Assembly: GCA_000934665.2 (NCBI GenBank)
Contig: JYFJ02000929.1
Span: forward strand, 62,001 to 100,471
Direction of reading: 5' to 3'
From: Catajapyx aquilonaris
Taxonomy: Eukaryota
Length of the DNA: 38,471 nucleotides
Both the position numbers and the translations under genes were made by a program. The notes under the pieces are model-generated. The model made no database searches, had not been told where the DNA came from, and saw nothing but the letters and a program-made list of their open reading frames with translations. Shown piece after piece: positions 1 through 12,300 of this stretch. Numbering within the stretch: position 1 is the first letter of the stretch; the number at the start of each line of letters is the position of its first letter.

Positions 1-1698
1 ACATCAACAACAACTGACTTATTCTTGTAGAATGGCCATCTGGCGCAAATGCTGCATCCATCATTTTCCTCGCACAAATGTCTCCAGCCTGAGGAATGTG
101 AAGAGATGCTCCTATGCCTGAAACAAGGCATTTTACTCTATGAACATAAATACAGAAATGTTGTAACAAATAAAAATGTTAATTCCCTACAGAGTGTGGT
201 GGGATCGTACATCATTGGAGAATTCATCGATTGGTTATTCCAGCTGAAACCATACAATTACAAGGAGAAGAACCAAGCACGACCAGTGAATCTGATGGGC
301 CTATTAATTGTTCCTTTCAAGTCTCTATAAACTGGCTTTTTAAAAAACCGCACTTTATTTTTCGTCATTCGAGATGTTCTCCTGATCAGGACGAAAAATT
401 TGTAAAAATCGACACTATCGCGTCATATTATGGGCGATTAGCATAATTAAAATTCGTTGGCAGCCAGACAACCGCACTTTCCTCAAAAAATATGCTCACA
501 GCTCACTAACCAACATGTTGTCGTCCCGGATTAATAATATATTACTGTTGGCGCATTTATGTCGCATGTAACTTAAACCTGTTCAGTACAAAAATCTCTG
601 ATGGGGATTCAGCCATTTTGTTACAGGCAGCTTACACAGTACCATACCGAATAATAAATTTCTTCACTTCCGCAAAAATCTCAGCACGTTTGTATACTTT
701 TTCCCACAATCATGCAATACTGTAAGTTACATTGTGTATTCAAGTAATCAGTTCCAGGAAATGCTTGGGGCCTCGAGTCAGTCGAGTGATGCAAAATAAC
801 CTGGTTGCTGGAGAAAGCAACAACAGCCTCAACATTGGACACTAATAGCATTGCAAAATACTTGTCACATTTATCCTCGCAGCCTGAACCCCTGCATACC
901 AGTGTGTGATCACTCTTCAATGTCCTCTTCCACCTTCATGCCTTTCTCCAGGAATTATTGATGCGATTACCCTCCTTTTCCAACAATGTCTCACAATCAG
1001 ACTGGACCACTCCTCAACTACTGTCTTCCTGGCACCTCCGCTGGTCGCAAATGGCACAGGATGAGTGGAAGTCTGGTGACTGGTGAGCTTGTCCTTGGCT
1101 CCAGAGTTGCTTTGTTCATGTCTGTGCCTTATCTTCTTGCGTCATTGACTGGGCTCAACAGGCCACCTGCTTTGGTTTCTCTCGTGTAATAAGTTTAATA
1201 ATAATAATAATAATAAATAAATAAATAAATAATCACTCTCTAACCTACATGTACAAGTGTAAGCATAAAATGAACAATCACAAACATAAACAAAATGTGC
1301 GAGAACATTAAGACTGGTGAGAAAAATGTCATAATCTGGTGAGCGTCTTGTACTGCTGCTGGCAATCTTTTGGTTGGGTGAGTCAGAGCTGGTCACAGAG
1401 ACATGACAATTATTAGCTCCATGGCGTAATTAGATCGCAGTCCGTGAACCTCCTCCCAACGGAAACGAAATCGGAGGATTCCACATAACAGTGTAACATG
1501 ACACCAATTGGCTGCATGCCAGTCCCATCCAGTGGACAGTTGCTTATCAGAACATTGACCGATTATTTTTATTGCCAGCACCTCATCTAGCTGTGGGAAA
1601 GCAGAAATGAAGCAGATCTCACAGAACATGTACTGTACTTGGAAAAGGGCAGCCGGGTTAGTCACGTGTACAGAAATGAGTGCAATTACAACACTATC

Positions 1699-2973
1699 CT
1701 GGTCTACAAATAAAATGGGCTGCTGTGTTCTTCACTTTTGATGCCAACTTTTCCCACGGGTCATTCCCAACAATCTGAAATTGGCTGCATTTTTTTTGTT
1801 CGATGTTTTGTTTTGACTGGAACTCTTTGCTTTCATTTTACTTTGCTTTTTGGGATAGGATAAGGAAGGAAGGAAGCTGCTGTGGCCTATTATTTAGGAA
1901 GCAATCCCAGAATTCTCCTGCGGGGACTGTGGGGAACCACAGAAAACCACGGTTAGGATTGCTGGCCCCAGGACTCAAACCCAGGACCTCCTGATTAGCA
2001 GTCGAACACCTTATCCACTCCACCAAACTGCTTCGGTGAAACAAGATGGTTATTGGTTACAAAATGTTGTCTCAACTTGCAGGGCTGCATATCAGTTAAA
2101 TTAGTGGGTTTATCGTCTCTGACGTTTTATTTTATTAAGTGTAACATCTCTTTATAATGTGTGTGGCACATTTCCTTAATTTCTCCACGATAAAAAAAAC
2201 CCTTAATAAATAATAATATTCCACATATTATCAGACCATAACTTCGCTTTATATCCATATAAAAAGGCACATTTCAGTTCTGCAAAACAAAAAAAGTAAT
2301 AATTACGACCTGTTGACCCATGTCTGTTTTATGCATCCATGATTTTTCAATAATTGTCGAAAAATAATGTACAGTAATTGGGACATAGGTGAGCTCAAGG
2401 CAGGAAGAGAGCAGAAATCACAAACCACAACTTAAAGTACAGGGCCAAAATCACATGATTTTTTTCAAAATTATAATGAAACAGAAAATTTTAAATAGAT
2501 ATTTCAGTAGGTAGTGTTTGCTCTTAGCAGAAAGCTAGTTACCAGACACAACCAAGTAGTCGTACATGGTTGCAAAATACACATTAATATTAGGTCAAAG
2601 GTAATGATACGTCTGACAGTGCCAAATGTTAAATTATTGCCTACAAGGTACTACAGATTTACTCTCTGAATCACTCCAACTTGGAATCTTGTCGACAGAA
2701 CAAAAAAAAAGTTACTAAATATTACATGCTGAACATAATTATGATTATGGTGAATGAAAAAAACCTCGAGTCAGAGAGGTATTCATTAAGATTGCAAGAA
2801 GGAGTGAATGGAGTACTGTAGACCAAATAAATGCTGAATAAGTCCCTGACAGTATCACATAATCGTAGACATTTAATTGTCCACACTTCGCATCGAGTAG
2901 CAATGTGGAGCAATATCAAATCTGAATGGAATTAACATGGACAAATCACTGCTTTATGGCACAGTTTTTTACC
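1699..2973. repeat. ATF7IP 3'UTR/downstream segment, paralogous to 33428-34956
   Basis: Collinear same-orientation similarity, e.g. ggagtgaatggagtac-gtagaccaaataaatgctgaa-aagtccctgaca and gcagggctgca...gtgggtttatc in both copies. Confidence 0.88.
1791..2037 (-). mobile_element. tRNA-derived SINE (same family as 16781-17059)
   Basis: Reverse complement aligns with the 16781 copy over head and body; degenerate A and B boxes. Confidence 0.82.
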
Positions 2974-3251
2974 AAACATCATTGTTAATAATTTATGTCT
3001 GCAATCCAAATATGTGGCAGTCACTCATTCATCTCAATAAGGGTGAAACCCAACAGGTTTTGGTTTCTCTCATGTTAAAATAAAAATCTCATGCCTCGCA
3101 ACAAAAACTGGTATTTACCCAACTGACTGGACACGGCCCGAGTTGACAACATTATTTTAAAATTTAGAACTAACCATCTTCTTGAACTGCACCGTATTTC
3201 CACTCCTGTTTGTCCACAAGCATACTTGCACGCCATATGAAAAAACTTTAC

Positions 3252-3362
3252 TTATTTTGGATCTTGGCTTAGCATAATGCTATTGGGTTCACTAAACGGT
3301 CCAAATCTCGAGTGGACATCAACAGCCCGAACAGCAAAGTGGTACTTGTGACCTCTCATAAA
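3252..3362 (-). CDS. ATF7IP: ATF7IP last coding exon (end of FN3 domain)
   Basis: ttttcag acceptor; FMRGHKYHFAVRAVDVHSRFGPFSEPNSIMLSQDPK*. Confidence 0.93.
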   Translation of the reverse strand, partial: FMRGHKYHFAVRAVDVHSRFGPFSEPNSIMLSQDPK

Positions 3363-6300
3363 CTGAAAAGAAAATATGGATTACACATTAACATATTTGG
3401 ATGGAATTTTCGTCCCACTACTAGTTACGGCGTAGCAGTACCAGTGTTGGCAGTGGTACTGCTAAGTTAGCAGTGGGAGCAGTAACTAGCAGTGGGGCAA
3501 AAATTATGCACAAATTTGACTTCCTAGCAATGTGGTTAACACATATGGCTCAAATTAAATGGATTCAAATATTACCTGAGTAAGTGTGCATGCCATTGGC
3601 AGTGGTAAAGATTTGACGTCCCCAACCTTCTTCCACAATGATGGTCTGGGTGGCAATGTCCCTTCCTGGTAAGCAAAGAGCTGGTAACTGCTGACTTCAG
3701 CATAGTTAGTGACGGAAGACATGTTCCAGGTGAGAACAATACCTGCAAAAGTCAGGCCTGTGCTTTTCATGGTCCCACTTTACAAATAATAGAACACAAG
3801 ATTAACACTCATATCTTACCATTAACTGCCGTGGTAATATTTACTACCGGTTTTGGTGGCAAGGCTTTCCAACCGGGCACATTAGCAAGCGCCACTGGTG
3901 GAGTGAGTAATGGTGCAGGATGAACCTGTAAAACACATTTAACATTTTACTTCATTGCTTTTATAAGGTCAAAAAAGTGTAACTGTGCAATTTATCAGCA
4001 ACTTAGCAACACAAAACAAAATACTGGAAACAGCGTGAACTTGACCATCTAATTTTCCCCGTTACAAACGCACTGCTCTGGTCAGGAATGTATTGGAATG
4101 GGTGAACCTGGCCATTGCCAACCACATGGGACAACTCGGCCACTCCTCGTATGGGCTACCCATCACTTTTAAATGTTAACTTGGCCACTCGAATGCGACT
4201 GGGAAGTCTACCTGTTTTATAAACCCAACAAGCTATGGTGAATTGGTAGACAAGTGGTCACATAGCTTGTTTCAATTGTGATGTAATCAGAAACAATCAA
4301 TCATTGTTGATACGGTACATGGAAATCGGTTGCCATGGTAATGGGTTTTTAAAATTTAATATTGATTGCCACTTCCTTAGGAAAGAGGGAATGTCAGATA
4401 TGCCAAGGAGACGGATATTCGCAGGTCGGATAATGCAGTGTTAAGGTATTTAAATATTTGATCATTTTTAAATGTCAAAATTGATCATCAAATCTCTAGA
4501 GAGAAAAAAAGGCACATACCATTGGCCGCACAGTGCTATTTTGCGGTGATGCAGTTGTCACCTGTGCTGATGCAACTGTCGGGCTGTTTGCCAAAGAGGA
4601 AGAGGGCTTGACTGGGCTCCTGGTTACAATCGCAGCCTGTGCAGGCCTCACTATACCAGGCCTCACCATTCCCGGCCTCAAAACCCCGCCAGGTACAGAA
4701 GTAATGTTACTGGCAGTCGAAACAAAAGGCTGCATCACACTAGGTATCACAGTAGTTTGTCCTGGCCGCACTGGAGTTATAATCTGAAAATAAAATTAAT
4801 AATGCTTTTAAAATAATGTACCCTTTCCAGTTCAATCTCTTACTGACACCTTACAAATAACACGTTCCACTTCTCAAAAAAAAATTAATTTTTCTGTTTG
4901 AAATATTTACAAAATACATCTGCTATCATGACTCACATTACTATGCTTATGCTTATTCATTGAATTTCCTAAGCACATTGAAAACGCTGTGGCTACACCC
5001 TATGAAAACTTCTGCTACATCTCAACACTTACTGGCTGAACTGTAACATTGGGTGCCGTAGCACGCAAGATGGCAGTCCTTACTGGTGGACCTAAGAAAT
5101 AAAAATGTAATATCAAGACAAGGACATACTGGTTTACACCATTACAAGTTTTACGCAAACTGCAGATCTCATCCCCATAAACACCCCCAAAAATGTTGCA
5201 CCAAATTGCGTTTTCACAAGCTCATCTGTATTTTTCTGGTGCCTTTCAAAAAAAAAATGCACATTTTCCACTTGCCAGTGAAGCAGTGCTAAAGAATGTT
5301 GCCCAGCCTTACATCCTTCCCACACAATCACCATCACAACTGTTCAAACTTTTAGGGAGTATTTTTACCAAATATTCCAATAATAATTAAGGTAGTAAAA
5401 GTGACAAACACAGAAGTGTTTTATCTTACAACAGAATCACAATATTTTCTATTTGCTCATTCAAGGGGTTAGGAATTAAAGTATCTCAAAAATGCAGAGT
5501 AATTCTTCATGGCAGCCAATTGTTACCTCACCCTTCTAATGTACAAGAGATAGATTCTAATATCCGAGATTTTTCTTTCAATGAAAGTAGAATGAGTAAT
5601 AAGGGGTGAGTGCAATACCCTTGGACCACCCAACTGCGATGAGAGTGAGGTAAGGAACATGAGAGCTGCAAATCAGAAGTGGGAATGGAAAAGCATTGTC
5701 TACTTCTCACTACTGGATCTCTCACAAATGATCATATCGTCTCAAGTGGTGCACTATTTTCATCGTTTGATTTCTATTTTATCGCTCAATGAAAACAAAT
5801 GTAATACTATGGCATAACTGTAATATACGAAAACATTCACTCACCTTGCTGAGGAACTGGCATAATCCCCTTGAACAAGATTGCCTGCATGGAATTACCT
5901 CCCTTTTGAACAGTTACACCAGAAGGCCTTACACCAGTAATGGTTGTGACAGGGCGCATCTGCAGGAAGAAAAAGTTTCAAGATGAGGTGCATGCTTGCA
6001 CTGCCTATTAATTTTGTGGGCAAGGAACTAAACGATGCTGGTGTTTTAACTGGTGTCACCAGGCCAAAGTAAAATTTGACTATAATTTTCCCTAATGATA
6101 AAAAAGTCATTGTGAAAGATCACCCAGAAGGGCGACCTGTGACCAGAAAAAGCACCCTCCTCTGTGCAAACAATTTTCTAGCTGGATCATTCCAGTTCAA
6201 TCAGTCCCTAACACCGATCACTTTTTTATTTACATGAAAATTGGTATAGTATAACTTCATCACAATTATTGTCATGTATAAAGTATTTTTCTTGCCCTCT

Positions 6301-9300
6301 ACAGCCAAGGTCAAGAAATATATGAAGTGAAAATCAGTGTGGCCACAAAATGCCTGAAAATAGTATTTAAAATCAAATTAGATGCATTTTGTTGAGGTCA
6401 AAACTTTGAGCTTTGACCCAGATAGTATCATAGAGCAGAGCTCTCTTTGACTATATGACAGTGCTATACTTCCTTAGCTAGATTCGGTTTAAAATGTATA
6501 CCTGTGATGGAGATGAGCCTAGTATAACTTGCTGTGCAGTCATAGGAACACCTGACTGTGAAACCAGGTATGCAAACCGCTGTGGGGCACCATTCCCTGG
6601 CACAGGCTGTAATGTCAAATAATGTTGTCATGCAAATGCCTTCAACAGTTTCAAAATCTCCAGAACAATTTCAATGACTTGCCTGCGATGTTATGAGTGT
6701 TGGTTTCCCTGCTCCTAACTGTTGTAACTGTTGTGGTGACACAAGTCTAATTCCACCAGGCATTGCAGAAATTGGTACGTTTGATGATGAACCTACATAA
6801 AAACAAAGGAGACCAGTTATGCTTCAAATGCAAGTGGAAAAATCATACAACAATTCCAAGTATATCGGGGCATGCTATTTTACAGCCATCAGGGAGAGAG
6901 AAATTCAAAAGAAGTTCAGGAGTTCAACAGAAGTATGAAAATAACAGAAAAAAGTACTAACTCTGCTTGGCTGCCCCATCTTCATTGGTGAGATCAATGA
7001 CCTTGGTTCCTGGATTGCCTCCCTGCGTAATTAGAGTCACCTTCTTAACAACAGGTGGCGTTGAACCAGCAGGCTTTGGTATTGCTGCAGTGGGGACCAC
7101 TACTTTGGACGCAGGTGCAGTAACTAAACTAGTTGAACTTGGCAGTGATGCTGGAAGCTATTTAAAAATGTAAAAAAAAAGAAATTAGTACCATGTAACA
7201 AGACGCTACCTCTCAACCCTAATTGGATGGATGCCATTTCATGTTTTATCAAAATTTTGGAGGTATCAGCCAAAATAATAATAATAATAACAAATAAATT
7301 AGGCTACTGGGTATTTTTGCGTAGCTTGTTGCTCCCCAATCAAGCTGCCATATTTCAGCAACTACTACATTCGACAACCTGAAAATAATTGGGCACCTGG
7401 ATCTGGCCACAACAAACCACTCAAAATAACTACCGATACCCCAGGTGATATTAGCGATAACTAATAATCACCCTGATACTTGCATCACAATGTCCATTAT
7501 TAACAAATTAATCAACAAATGCATCTGATTGGACCAATTTCTGAATATCCTTCACTTGTTATGTTTGGGTAAATTGACTAGTGAATGATGTTGTTCGAGT
7601 GTGGTAATCATCATCAATTTTATGCAGATAGAGCAAAATTCATGCAGAATAAAACTTGCAAATTTATAGCAGTAAATATAGTTTGTAGTAAAGTTTCAGG
7701 TCAGTACATCAGTCCCGAAGTTTTTGAAAATAAGAAGAAACCCTGACAACAATCAGAACACTGGAGATGCATCCAAATGTAATGAGCAATATTAAAATTT
7801 TAAGACTGCCTGTCACATGAATTCGCTTTCATAATAATTAATTGGCACACAATCTCTGAAGACCAAATTTCAAAAGATCACCATAATACTTACTGGACTG
7901 TGTAACGAAACAACAGGAGCGGTGACTCTCACTAAAGATCCTGGGGAAGCAGGAGTTCCAACCCGAACAATCGGCAAGGATGGTCGTTGAGCATTTGATG
8001 GCATAAACTGCGACTTAACAGGCGCAGGTGAGCGAGGTACTGTGACAGCTGGCTGGGCTCCATTATTTATGGGAGTAATAATAGGTGGCAGCTGAAGAAA
8101 AAGGAAATCCAACCATTAAACCACAGATGCAGCACAGATGCAGATGCAGCACAGATGCAGATGCAGCCACAGATAACTGCTACATATTATGCAATGCATG
8201 CACATTTAGACAGACACTTTCTTACCAATGGTGCAGGAGTCGGAACTAGTTTCTGGGGAGCTCCAGCCTTAGGTGCTTTCTTACCATCAGGAGCTGGCCG
8301 CAACTTGTTTTGTCCGTCAGATCCCACAACCTGTTTCTAGTGCAAGACATAGGTCAGGAAGATTTCACGATGAGGAGAATTGTCAGAATTCTCTACGATT
8401 TATGTTGGTGAAGCATCCCTTACCATGTTCGTGTGAACCTGAAGTCCCACAGAGCGAGTTATCTTGTAAGGCACAAAATAATGTTGACGCCCATTCTTCA
8501 CGTCCATTACAAATCGCCTGATGACAACTGCCATGTCATTCACCTGAAATAGTGTGGAAGTAATACTATAATAGTATAGTCCGGAGGAGATACCATGAAA
8601 CCCAAAAAGTAAAGCCAAGTTTCCATCAGGGGTGGTCAGCGGTCAAGACACTTCAATTAGCCCATTTCAAGCATACTGTTATGGCAGCTCCTTCCAATTT
8701 AGACACTGGAGACTTTCTGCCGTCAGTTTCACATGAATGTGAATGACTCACAATTGACTACTGAGAGTTACGTTCTTGCATCAGTGTATTGTTGCAGGGA
8801 GGAAATTCTCCAAATTTCTGCATACAAAATGCATCAGCTGTGAGGAATGCCTTGGATTATGTATTTTTAAAAGCAGCATCTGTCATTACTGTGCCATGTC
8901 CCCAAACTACGGAAAGGTAGTTGACCATAAACAGGAGTTAACTGTCATTTGCAGCCAAAGTAATATTTATTTTATTTTATTTTATTTACCCCGTGATACA
9001 ACTATATGCCGTTTCAGCCAAAGTAATATGGTACAGGAACTGATTAAGACTCACCTGCTTCTGTATCGTTGTTGCATGTCTTCTATAATGTTCGATATGA
9101 GTTTCCAACTCTACTGAGCAGAGATTTGCCTTCGCAAGCTTACTTCGCAGCTTAAGTTCAGCAGACATTTGTTGACATATCATCTTCTCCAAATCCTATG
9201 ACAAGGCACACAAAGTTGATAAGAATAACTACAACAACATTAATAGTTCAATATCAATAATCATGACAACAACAAGAACAGCACTTGGTTATACAGGGTG

Positions 9301-12300
9301 TAAATGAATTCAACCGACAAACTTCTAGGGGTGATAGAGGGGACCAAGACAAACATTTTTGACATAGGAAACCGTATCCGGAAACGCCATCTAGAGGGGG
9401 TTCATAGACAAGGAACGGGTGAGCTCAGACGCGTCACACGTGAGGCGCTAGGCGAGCGGACTGTTTTGTTGATAGATGGCGCTCGGATAGTAACCAATGA
9501 TGCGATGTGCCATAACGTGGCAACAACAGAGTCATCTAGCAACTAAAGTCCGCCTCCTAGAAGATGCACGGATAGTCAACAGCGGTTCTGTTGTTGCCAG
9601 GTTATGGCGTATCGTGTTGTTGTTTACTTACAACGACGCGATACGCCATAACCTGGCAACAACTGCGTGCCATCTATCAACAAAACAGTCCGCTCGACTT
9701 GCCCCTCTCTGGTGACGCGTCTGAGGGCACCGTTCCTTGTCTATGAACCCCCTCTAGATGGCGTTTCCGGACACGGTTTCCTATGTCAAAAATGTTTGTC
9801 TTGGTCCCCTCTATCACCCCTAGAAGTTTGTCGGTTGAATTCATTTACACCCTGTAGACCTGTAGCCTCACAGGTTCTCCTCTAATATTGCTAGACTTCA
9901 TATGAATTACCACATGTGACAGATTTTGAAACATCAAGGCAGAGGAAGACAAAGAGGAAAAGAGGGTGGGGAAATGACAGTTCCCAAAGTAAACCCATAC
10001 AAACGGGCTGCAAAAACATATCAAAACTCTTACTATACGAGAACATTCATGGCCCAACTTATGAATCGAATGCAGGACCTCAGAAGCTGGAGCTTTAACT
10101 AGCTTTGGATGAATGCAAGTCAGTACTCAGAGAAGTAACTGGTACTTGGGAAAAAAAAATAGTGTCCACTTATTTGGCTTTGAGAAGTTAAATGAAGCTA
10201 GTCACGATGTCGTTATGGGAACACTTTAATACATACCTGACGTGTGTAATGACTCAACCGCCTTTTCTTCAATTCCTCCGCAACTTTTGCTGCTTCTTCT
10301 TTTGTCAACTCTTTCCTTCTGTTGGTGGATGGAATTACCGCAATTTCTTCATTAGCTTCGTCTGAAATGTCATGGCTGGCTTTATCTTGTTTCTCACGCT
10401 CCTGCACTTTCACTTCCTTCACTTCAAGTATTCCCTTAAAACTAGTGGGTGGCTTGACGGTGGCTTTAGACCTCGATTTCCCCGAAGTTGTCTTGGGATA
10501 CTGGTGTGTTAACGTTCCTGAAGGTTTCGAGTCTTTCTTTTCAGTATCCTTACTACAATGACTCTCAAAATCACTACTTTCTTTGGCACTAGCACTTTCT
10601 TGGTCACCAGCTTTACACACATCTTCATGGAATCCTTTATCAGGTGCAACTCCACCTATCGATACCTTTTTAAGACTCTTGTTTATCTCAGGGTTTTCCT
10701 TGACATCTGATTCTGCTGGATTCTCGAACTTATTTTCCTCCTCGGAGTCAAGTAGCTCTGACAACTTCCGCTTTTTCCTAGGTGCATCTGTTGAAAAATG
10801 AAAGCTTCCTCATTACAATGAACTACTCTAGCAAATAAAAGCCACACCATGTACTGCTATCAGCTAAGGAATCAAAACTTGAAAGCAAATGCCCTCGGTA
10901 CACACAACCCATTATCATCAGTCGTAAGTTAGATCACATCTGTATTGGTTGAAACAGCCAGGAAGGTGTACAACATGTTAAGATTATGAGTAGCAGACAC
11001 CAGTCAGCATGTGAGGCCACAAGACGTTGCAACTCTTCGCAAACCTCCACCCGCATCTGCTTCTCCTCTGGAGTCAACAGCCTGGGGGCCCATCGCATCA
11101 GGCGCAAATGTATCACATGTGGAAATGGTCAATGCAAAATTGTGTGGAAACTACCATTGGAGGTACAAATCATTCTGGCAAGGTCATCGACGGTTATGCG
11201 ATGATCTTTCCGGACATTCACTGCACATGTGGTGTTAATGATCTCATCTGTAAGAACTCTGATGGGAGTCGACAAACTTGTGTCCTTAAAAGCTGACTAC
11301 GAACCCTTGCTGAATGTCTTGTACCATCGAAACTGCCACCGCCACAGTAGCAAGCCTTTAAACTGCAACTAATTTAAATCCGTCTGCACTTGCCCTGCTT
11401 TGCTCTACAATATTTGGGATTCCTAAGAAATAGGGAAGTAGATGTGCCCAATCCGATATTCAGCTTGCTCTGAGAGGGGAACCCCCTAAATATTACAAAG
11501 GATCAAGGCAAATTCCTGCAGTCCTTCGTTTTTCTCAATAGTTCGCTGGTCGCACATCTCATTGTCAATCAGAGGATTACTTTGTGTAATGGAATCAATT
11601 TGTCTGAGAAGCCTCGTTACTCAGATAATAAAATCCAAACCAAACAATATCCTGGTAGGTTGCAGTGAAAATTTGAACTTGACGAACGATCTTATAGGAT
11701 GTGTCAGGCAATAGAAGTGTCCTGGGGTGTATCCGCACCTTAGAAAATGGTGTAATCCATTCATTTGAGTAATAATAATTTTCACTGATCGTGATAATGC
11801 TATTCTTATGAAAACCTCGCCTTATACCGGCATACCTCGCTTAGACCGGCATGCCGGCCTACCCACCAGTTAATCAGTTTCTAGAAACGGGTCGACCTCA
11901 ACTACACCAGCATGCTGATTTATGAGAGGTGATTCGGTAGTACTGTACAGTACAGTATTTGTTGAGAAAAATGCATGGCGTATATTGTAATTCGGGACAG
12001 ACTTCTAGTGTGTGTGTGTAGGGGCTCCCAAGGGATTAAGGGAAGCAATTTGAGATAGGACACCCATGGTCGGAAACTCATCCCAATGGAGCTGCAGGGC
12101 CTCCAAGGCCCGCAGACATCTTTTTGTTGTAGGAATTTCTCAATTATTGAATGAAATTGTTTATAACGACTAAACCAGGGACTAAACAATGAGCACCATG
12201 TAAAACACAACAATAATGTGATGTCAACGGGCCTAGGAGACCCTTCAGCATCATTGGGATGGGTTTCCGACCAAGAGTGTATTGTCTCAAATTGCTTCCC

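Noticed and set aside
31..330. Exon-like plus-strand segments at the window start (93-aa ORF)
   Set aside because: AG acceptors are present but there is no canonical donor and no recognisable protein; cannot be supported without upstream context
780..1190. Purine-rich minus-strand stretch suggestive of a decayed LINE 3' end
   Set aside because: No diagnostic RT or endonuclease motif could be read
1758..1770. GGGTCATTCC resembling a Sola terminus (also 33483)
   Set aside because: No partner terminus found; both instances belong to the ATF7IP-3' duplication
8123..8175. Short tandem cacagatgcag repeats; also any CRISPR-like reading of repeats in the window
   Set aside because: Simple intronic minisatellite; no repeat-spacer periodicity, and the context is eukaryotic
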